From Deltaproteobacteria bacterium TL4 (lineage in GTDB: Bacteria; SAR324; NAC60-12), in NCBI GenBank assembly GCA_051382335.1, contig JBBCAX010000169.1:1-12680 (forward strand): 12,680 nucleotides of DNA, in the 5' to 3' direction. The stretch's first letter is position 1. Every line of letters begins with the position of its first letter. The notes beneath the pieces were generated by a model. It saw nothing but the letters and a program-made list of their open reading frames with translations. It did not search any database and had not been told where the DNA came from. Shown here one piece after another: positions 7,934 through 12,680 of this stretch. A program made the position numbers and the translations under genes.

Positions 7934-9379
7934 TTACTCTGATTTCAGAATAATGTATTGACTTCCGCCTTGGTTTTGTACCAGCAGCAATAGGCCTTCT
8001 TTCAATTTGGCGTCATTTATAGCCTTTTCAAAATCCTCAACCGTGGTTATTGTTTGACGATTGATTTCCAAAATTATCATTCCTGCACGCAATCCAAAGG
8101 AGGCCGCAACTGAATTGGGATTGATGCTGGAAATAACAACGCCTGAATCCTGGTCCAATCCTGATCGCTTTGCTAATTCAGGCGTGAGGTTCTGTACGCT
8201 AATCCCTAATTGTTCATGTGAATCAACCTTTCCCATTTGTTCCTGCCCTTGATCGGGGCGCGCACCAAGTTTTGCGGTGAGCATCGAAGTGAGCCCTTTT
8301 CGAACAATCTGAACCGCGACACTGGAACCGGGCTTGGTGTTGGCGACCTCGTTTCGTAAATGACTGCTGTCCTTGATGAGGACTCCATTAAAAAGAGAGA
8401 CCACGTCCCCTTGTTTAAGGCCAGCGTCATCCGCTGGAGAGTGCTTCATGACGGAAGCAATAAGCGCCCCCTGGTGTTCCTGAAGGCCAAAGCTCTCAGC
8501 CAGTTCGTGAGTCAAATCCTGAATTCCAACACCTAACCAGCCACGCGACACTTTGCCTTCATTGATTAAAGACAGCATAATGTGTCTCGCCATATTGATC
8601 GGCACAGAAAAACCAATGCCTTGATACCCTCCATTTTTTGTGAAGATCGCCGTATTGACTCCAATGACCTCTCCTGCCAAATTGATCAAAGGCCCGCCAC
8701 TATTCCCTGGATTAATCGCCGCGTCGGTTTGAATAAAATTTTCGTAATCAACGATTCCCACATTGGATCTTCCTTTGGCACTGACAATCCCCATGGTCAC
8801 CGTATTGGACAAGCCAAAGGGATTTCCAATGGCAAGAACGGATTCTCCAACCTGGATATCCTCTGAATTTCCCATAGGCAAGATTGGCAGGTTTTCGCCT
8901 TCAATCCTGATGACGGCTACATCTGAAAGAGGGTCAGCGCCAACGAGCGTGGCATTGAACTCTCGTCCATCCATCAAGCGAACCGTTATTTTATCAGCAT
9001 CTCCTACCACATGATTATTGGTCAAAATATTGCCTTTCGCGTCAATAATGGAACCTGAGCCTAAACCTTCCTGTTTGAATTGTTGCTGATGCGGTTGTTG
9101 ATGCTCTTGAGGCAAACGCCTTCCATGAAAAAATCTTTCAAAAAACTCGTCATTGAACAAGTTATAGGGATTGTTGAACTCAAATTGTTGTCCCGCTGTG
9201 TTAATAGTTTTTTCCACCTTTATGTGTACCACTGCTTTTTGCGCTTTGCTTACAATCTCGGCACGAGCCTTTGATTCCCTCATCAGTCTTTGAAGATCCT
9301 GGCTTTCCGCAAGGGCGGTGTTCAACGGAAATAAGACGATAGCCATGACGATGATTCTCCATAAAATTCTGTGTAGCAT
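7934..9379 (-). CDS. degP: DegP/DegQ (HtrA) periplasmic serine endoprotease with two PDZ domains
   Basis: Signal peptide, catalytic triad TNNHVV / SDVAVI / INPGNSGGPL, PDZ1 starting RGWLGVGIQ and PDZ2 starting LGISVQNL. AGAGAGG RBS. Confidence 0.95.
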   Translation of the reverse strand: MLHRILWRIIVMAIVLFPLNTALAESQDLQRLMRESKARAEIVSKAQKAVVHIKVEKTINTAGQQFEFNNPYNLFNDEFFERFFHGRRLPQEHQQPHQQQFKQEGLGSGSIIDAKGNILTNNHVVGDADKITVRLMDGREFNATLVGADPLSDVAVIRIEGENLPILPMGNSEDIQVGESVLAIGNPFGLSNTVTMGIVSAKGRSNVGIVDYENFIQTDAAINPGNSGGPLINLAGEVIGVNTAIFTKNGGYQGIGFSVPINMARHIMLSLINEGKVSRGWLGVGIQDLTHELAESFGLQEHQGALIASVMKHSPADDAGLKQGDVVSLFNGVLIKDSSHLRNEVANTKPGSSVAVQIVRKGLTSMLTAKLGARPDQGQEQMGKVDSHEQLGISVQNLTPELAKRSGLDQDSGVVISSINPNSVAASFGLRAGMIILEINRQTITTVEDFEKAINDAKLKEGLLLLVQNQGGSQYIILKSE

Positions 9380-9792
9380 GATACCTCTCTGTTAATTTGA
9401 GATTTTTGAGGATTCCTTTTAAGTCAAAAATTTCTATCAAGGAATATTTTGGACTGGCGTGAAGCGCTGAAACAAGAACCGCTTCTCTTTTTAAAACCAG
9501 CAACAACTCCCCCTTCTTGCCTTTGAAGGAGAAGCGATGATTGATTACCCTAGTTATTCCTTGAGTAACATTTGGGGTGAAAAAGTTCTTTCAGAATGAA
9601 AATAAGGCAGAATACCTCATTCCTAAAATTTGAGGAACTTTGGTTTATTTTACCTTTTTTATTTCAACGATTGAAGGTAGGTTGAGCGTTACCCCATAGC
9701 TACACACTGGGATGTTTTCGGTCGCAGGCGCTCTTGGTGAAGAGTTTTTTTCACTGCTGATAACTAATAACTCTTGAGAAAAGTATGAAATT

Positions 9793-10995
9793 ATGAGTCA
9801 GAACGATATGATCATCATTGGCGGAGGAATAAGTGGTTTGAGCTTGGCGTTTTATTGTGCCAGAGCTGGGATGAAAACCACGTTGTTGGAAAAAAATGAT
9901 AGAGTCGGTGGTTCTTTTCATTCCCATCGAATCCAGGATGCAGGCGATGTTTTCTGGTGTGAACTTGGCGCTCATACCTGTTATCGATCTTATCAAAATC
10001 TCCTGGATATTATTGATGAGTGTCAACTGGATGAACTGATGCTTCCGAGAGCAAAGGTCCCTTTCACCATGTTACTTAACAATGAAATAACATCCATTTT
10101 TTCTCAAATTAACTATCCTGAATTATTCGTCTCTTTACCTCGTTTGTTATTTCAAAAAAAAGAGGGTCAAAGCGTGGCGTCTTATTATTCAAAAATTATT
10201 GGAAAACGTAATTTTGAAAAAGTGTTCAAGCACCTGCTCAACGCGGTTCCCTCACAAAGTACCGATGAGTTTCCTGCGGACATTCTCTTTAAAAAGCGAA
10301 AAAAACGGAAAAATGTGATGAAAAGCTATACGTTTGTCGATGGCATCCAAAGTATTACCGATGCTCTAGCGAAAATGGAGGGAATCAAAATCTTGATGAA
10401 TAAGGAGATTAGTTCTGTCGAGCAGGTTAATGGCAACTACCATGTTGTCACCCATGACGGAAACTACGTCGCTAATAATTTGGCCTTAGCCACTCCCGCT
10501 CCCGTCGCGGCTCAACTTCTGCGGAATCTGTATCCGGAAATTTCACAGCATTTATCGCAAATTCAAATTGCAAAGGTCAATTCAGTCGGAGTTATTATCG
10601 AAAAGAATGTTGTCCCGATTAAACCAGTAGCAGGAATCATTTCTCCAGAGGATTGCTTCTTCTCTGTTGTTTCCCGGGATACCGTGCCGGATGAGACATT
10701 TCGAGGTTTTACGTTTCACTTCAAGGCTGAAATTTCGGAGCATGACTTCAAAATCAAAAGAATCACGGAGGTGCTCGGCATCAAACCATCTCAAATCAAA
10801 CACACGGTTTCAAAAGTAAATTTGGTTCCTTCGTTGAGACTTGGACATCACAGGGTGGTTAACGAAATAGACAGCCTTCTGGACAACAAACGGATTTCCT
10901 TAACGGGAAATTACTTTTTAGGCCTTTCTATTGAAGACTGTGTTTCCAGATCTTTAAGTGAATTTATGAGACTCAACACCTTGAATACAGACTAA
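9793..10995 (+). CDS. FAD-dependent oxidoreductase, protoporphyrinogen/coproporphyrinogen oxidase (HemY)-like
   Basis: IIGGGISGL dinucleotide-binding motif, EK-DRVGG, ELGAH, GIQSITDAL, LATPA and a C-terminal GNYFLGLSIEDCV. Confidence 0.75.
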   Translation: MSQNDMIIIGGGISGLSLAFYCARAGMKTTLLEKNDRVGGSFHSHRIQDAGDVFWCELGAHTCYRSYQNLLDIIDECQLDELMLPRAKVPFTMLLNNEITSIFSQINYPELFVSLPRLLFQKKEGQSVASYYSKIIGKRNFEKVFKHLLNAVPSQSTDEFPADILFKKRKKRKNVMKSYTFVDGIQSITDALAKMEGIKILMNKEISSVEQVNGNYHVVTHDGNYVANNLALATPAPVAAQLLRNLYPEISQHLSQIQIAKVNSVGVIIEKNVVPIKPVAGIISPEDCFFSVVSRDTVPDETFRGFTFHFKAEISEHDFKIKRITEVLGIKPSQIKHTVSKVNLVPSLRLGHHRVVNEIDSLLDNKRISLTGNYFLGLSIEDCVSRSLSEFMRLNTLNTD

Positions 10996-11046
10996 GGAAC
11001 GGCAAAAAAATAACTTTAAAACATTTAATCAATGATGGCTGGAGGC

Positions 11047-11210
11047 CAATACCCGTGCATGAAATGAATCGAACCTCTCACTAAGGAGTGCCAAAGCTTG
11101 CTTTGGCCCAAATAACAAGAAATGCTTTCGCATTTTTGGCCAAAGCAAGCTTTGGCACTCCTTAGGACATTTGTGAAGAGTAGCATCATTCATTTCATGC
11201 ACGGGTATTG
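11047..11210. mobile_element. 164-bp MITE with perfect 23-bp TIRs and a 10-bp target-site duplication (IS4-family-like ends)
   Basis: CAATACCCGTGCATGAAATGAAT (11047-11069) is the exact reverse complement of 11188-11210. GGCTGGAGGC is duplicated at 11037-11046 and 11211-11220. Confidence 0.92.
11081..11165. repeat. REP doublet (REPIN-like) inside the MITE
   Basis: Perfect 28-bp inverted repeat CTAAGGAGTGCCAAAGCTTGCTTTGGCC (11081-11108 / 11138-11165). Each arm is a GGAG foot plus the hairpin GCCAAAGC-TT-GCTTTGGC. The spacer holds a further hairpin, AAATGC-TTTC-GCATTT (11120-11135). Confidence 0.8.
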
Positions 11211-11345
11211 GGCTGGAGGCTGGTAAGTCTAAAAAAAAGTGGCGTTAGTTGCCTGTGCGCATAAATTACTGGTCATCGCTAAAACGATATTCCTCAAGGC
11301 TTTTGCTGGAGTTCATTCGTTCCAAGGAGTCCCCCCTGTTTTTAA

Positions 11346-11374
11346 CCTCAACACGGCTTGGGGCCTTGTTGAGG
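11346..11374 (-). terminator. Hairpin downstream of the peroxiredoxin gene
   Basis: CCTCAACA (11346-11353) pairs with TGTTGAGG (11367-11374), with inner GGC/GCC pairs. The U-tract is weak. Confidence 0.4.
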
Positions 11375-11407
11375 CGGGTTCATTAATCTTGGTTATCAGT
11401 CAGACAC

Positions 11408-12004
11408 TTACAGAGTATCTGCGTTATCAGCCAGGTAGTTAGCGACCCCTTGGGTATTCGCCTTCATTCCCATTTCGCCTTGCTGCCATCCAGCCGGACA
11501 AACATCACCATTAGTTTCATGAAATTGAAGCGCATCCACCATGCGAAGTAACTCATCAATATTTCGGCCTAAAGACAGATTGTTGATCACTTGATGCTGT
11601 ACAATTCCTTCTTTATCGATCAAAAATGATCCCCGTAACGCTACCGAATCATCCAGCAGAACATCATAGGCGCGTGCGATGCTTTTGTTCAAATCCGCAA
11701 TCAAAGGGAATTTGACTGGACCAATGCCCCCCTTTTTCACAGGGGTTTCTTTCCAAGCCAGGTGTGTGTATTGTGAATCCACGGATACACCTAGGACTTC
11801 AACCTTCTTTTTTGCAAAATGCTCCATTCGATGATCAAAGGCGATAATTTCAGAGGGACAAACAAAAGTAAAATCCAGGGGATAAAAGAACAAGGCCACA
11901 TACTTTCCTCGATAATCTGATAACTTGATCTCTTTAAACGAGTTATCTGGCATAACGGCCTTTGCCTTAAAATCAGGGGCTTGTTTGGCAACTAGGACAC
12001 TCAT
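11408..12004 (-). CDS. ahpC: Typical 2-Cys peroxiredoxin (AhpC/Prx1 subfamily)
   Basis: FYPLDFTFVCPSE peroxidatic motif, SVDS, GRN and a C-terminal VCPAGW resolving cysteine. GAAGGAGA RBS. Confidence 0.95.
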   Translation of the reverse strand: MSVLVAKQAPDFKAKAVMPDNSFKEIKLSDYRGKYVALFFYPLDFTFVCPSEIIAFDHRMEHFAKKKVEVLGVSVDSQYTHLAWKETPVKKGGIGPVKFPLIADLNKSIARAYDVLLDDSVALRGSFLIDKEGIVQHQVINNLSLGRNIDELLRMVDALQFHETNGDVCPAGWQQGEMGMKANTQGVANYLADNADTL

Positions 12005-12028
12005 ATCGTCTCCTTCACTAATCCAGGG

Positions 12029-12077
12029 TTATAAAATTTTATAATAACACATTCATTCGTACTATTTAAAATTTTAA
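12029..12077. promoter_or_regulatory. Two AT-rich palindromes upstream of the peroxiredoxin gene; candidate PerR/Fur-family operator
   Basis: Perfect palindromes TTATAAAATTTTATAA (12029-12044) and TTAAAATTTTAA (12066-12077). They resemble the Per box TTATAATNATTATAA. Confidence 0.4.
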
Positions 12078-12180
12078 TAGCACTCATTTAGTCCTATTTA
12101 ACCACACTTGATAAAAGTTCCAAGCAAATTTTAAAAATATTTTGCAGAAACAGAAGAACGGCAGAATCTAAAAAAAGAGT

Positions 12181-12680
12181 TTAAAACTCTGATTTCACAC
12201 AAAACTCACAGAATTTCCCCCCAAAAGCCGATAATTTGAGAATGCACCGATCAAAAACCAGTTTCCGGTTGGCCTCTTCTTTGAGTTGTTCTCTGATAGG
12301 ATCCAGGTCTTCATGACGTTCAAGAGAGATATAATAGTGATTTTTACCAGGGTCACCCTCATCGGTCGTCAGCAATCCAAGTCGAATTAAATTATCAATA
12401 TAAGCATAGATATTCTTGGGGTGATTACATTTAACGCGTTCTGCGATGCGACTGAAGTGCGGCATCAGAACTTTGGAACCCAAACCAATTTTAGGTGCCG
12501 TTTTAACACGAACATAGGGTTGATCTTTTTCTTTTGCAAAGAACTTGATGATCGCGGCTTCATCAGGAGAAAGTTGCGTGATAATCCATTGATACGCAGG
12601 GTGACTCCCCTCTTTGGAAACATCTCCTTTTTTAAATTGTTTGATCAAATCTCTGAACTGTTGATCCAGCGGAGGTGGGG
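12181..12680 (-). CDS. Abi-alpha / DUF4393 family protein, 5'-truncated by the window edge
   Basis: HPAY..II.QLSPDEA, YIDNLIRLGL and L(S/T)AFG..FC..C motifs. The frame stays open upstream of the called TTG to the window end (PPPLDQQFRD...). Confidence 0.8.
   Translation of the reverse strand, partial: PPPLDQQFRDLIKQFKKGDVSKEGSHPAYQWIITQLSPDEAAIIKFFAKEKDQPYVRVKTAPKIGLGSKVLMPHFSRIAERVKCNHPKNIYAYIDNLIRLGLLTTDEGDPGKNHYYISLERHEDLDPIREQLKEEANRKLVFDRCILKLSAFGGKFCEFCVKSEF

Larger units (their letters stand above)
11000..11296 (+). pseudogene. IS110-family transposase C-terminal relic, interrupted by a MITE
   Basis: Removing 11047-11220 restores RQKNNFKTFNQ*WLEAGKSKK/VALVACAHKLLVIAKTI, which resembles the IS110 C-terminal 'FYQRL..AGK.KKVALVAC.RKLL' motif. 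It carries an internal TGA (11033-11035) and a frameshift in the A8 run (11231-11238). Confidence 0.75.

Noticed and set aside
9075..9115. Gln/His-rich stretch in DegP (PQEHQQPHQQQ)
   Set aside because: It falls in the variable N-terminal loop typical of HtrA proteins and is not a true tandem repeat.
9201..10026. ORFs 9201-9506 and 9751-10026, and other shadow ORFs within degP, clsB, ybhP and phn genes
   Set aside because: They overlap well-supported genes in other frames or strands and show no motifs.
11037..11220. CRISPR array or ncRNA gene interpretation of the repeats
   Set aside because: The repeats are inverted and nested with a TSD, not direct repeats with spacers, and no cas genes are present.
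11239..11442. 67-aa ORF as a real gene
   Set aside because: Its N-terminus is the frameshifted tail of the IS110 relic, and the remainder is read-through overlapping the peroxiredoxin 3' end.

Overview
A 12.7-kb AT-rich bacterial chromosomal window. From left to right it contains: (i) a degraded PD-(D/E)XK/AAA-ATPase-type C-terminal fragment with a GTAG-type REP, bracketed by 12-bp direct repeats; (ii) a B12-binding radical SAM gene on the minus strand; (iii) divergent from it, a co-oriented run of a PntC/LicC-like cytidylyltransferase carrying an unexplained ribbon-helix-helix-like N-terminus, phnD-phnC-phnE, a ClsB-type phospholipase D and a YbhP-type EEP hydrolase; (iv) a DegP/DegQ protease; (v) a HemY-like flavoprotein; (vi) a three-layer nested mobile structure, in which an IS110 transposase relic is interrupted by a 164-bp MITE (23-bp TIRs, 10-bp TSD) that itself carries a GGAG-type REP doublet; (vii) a 2-Cys peroxiredoxin; (viii) the 3' part of an Abi-alpha/DUF4393 gene. 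The best candidate for a new system is a phosphonate 'import-activate-(methylate/lipidate)' salvage module. No PEP mutase or C-P lyase genes occur in the window, and the activating enzyme may double as its own transcriptional regulator. All family calls come from motif recognition by eye; no database searches were run.
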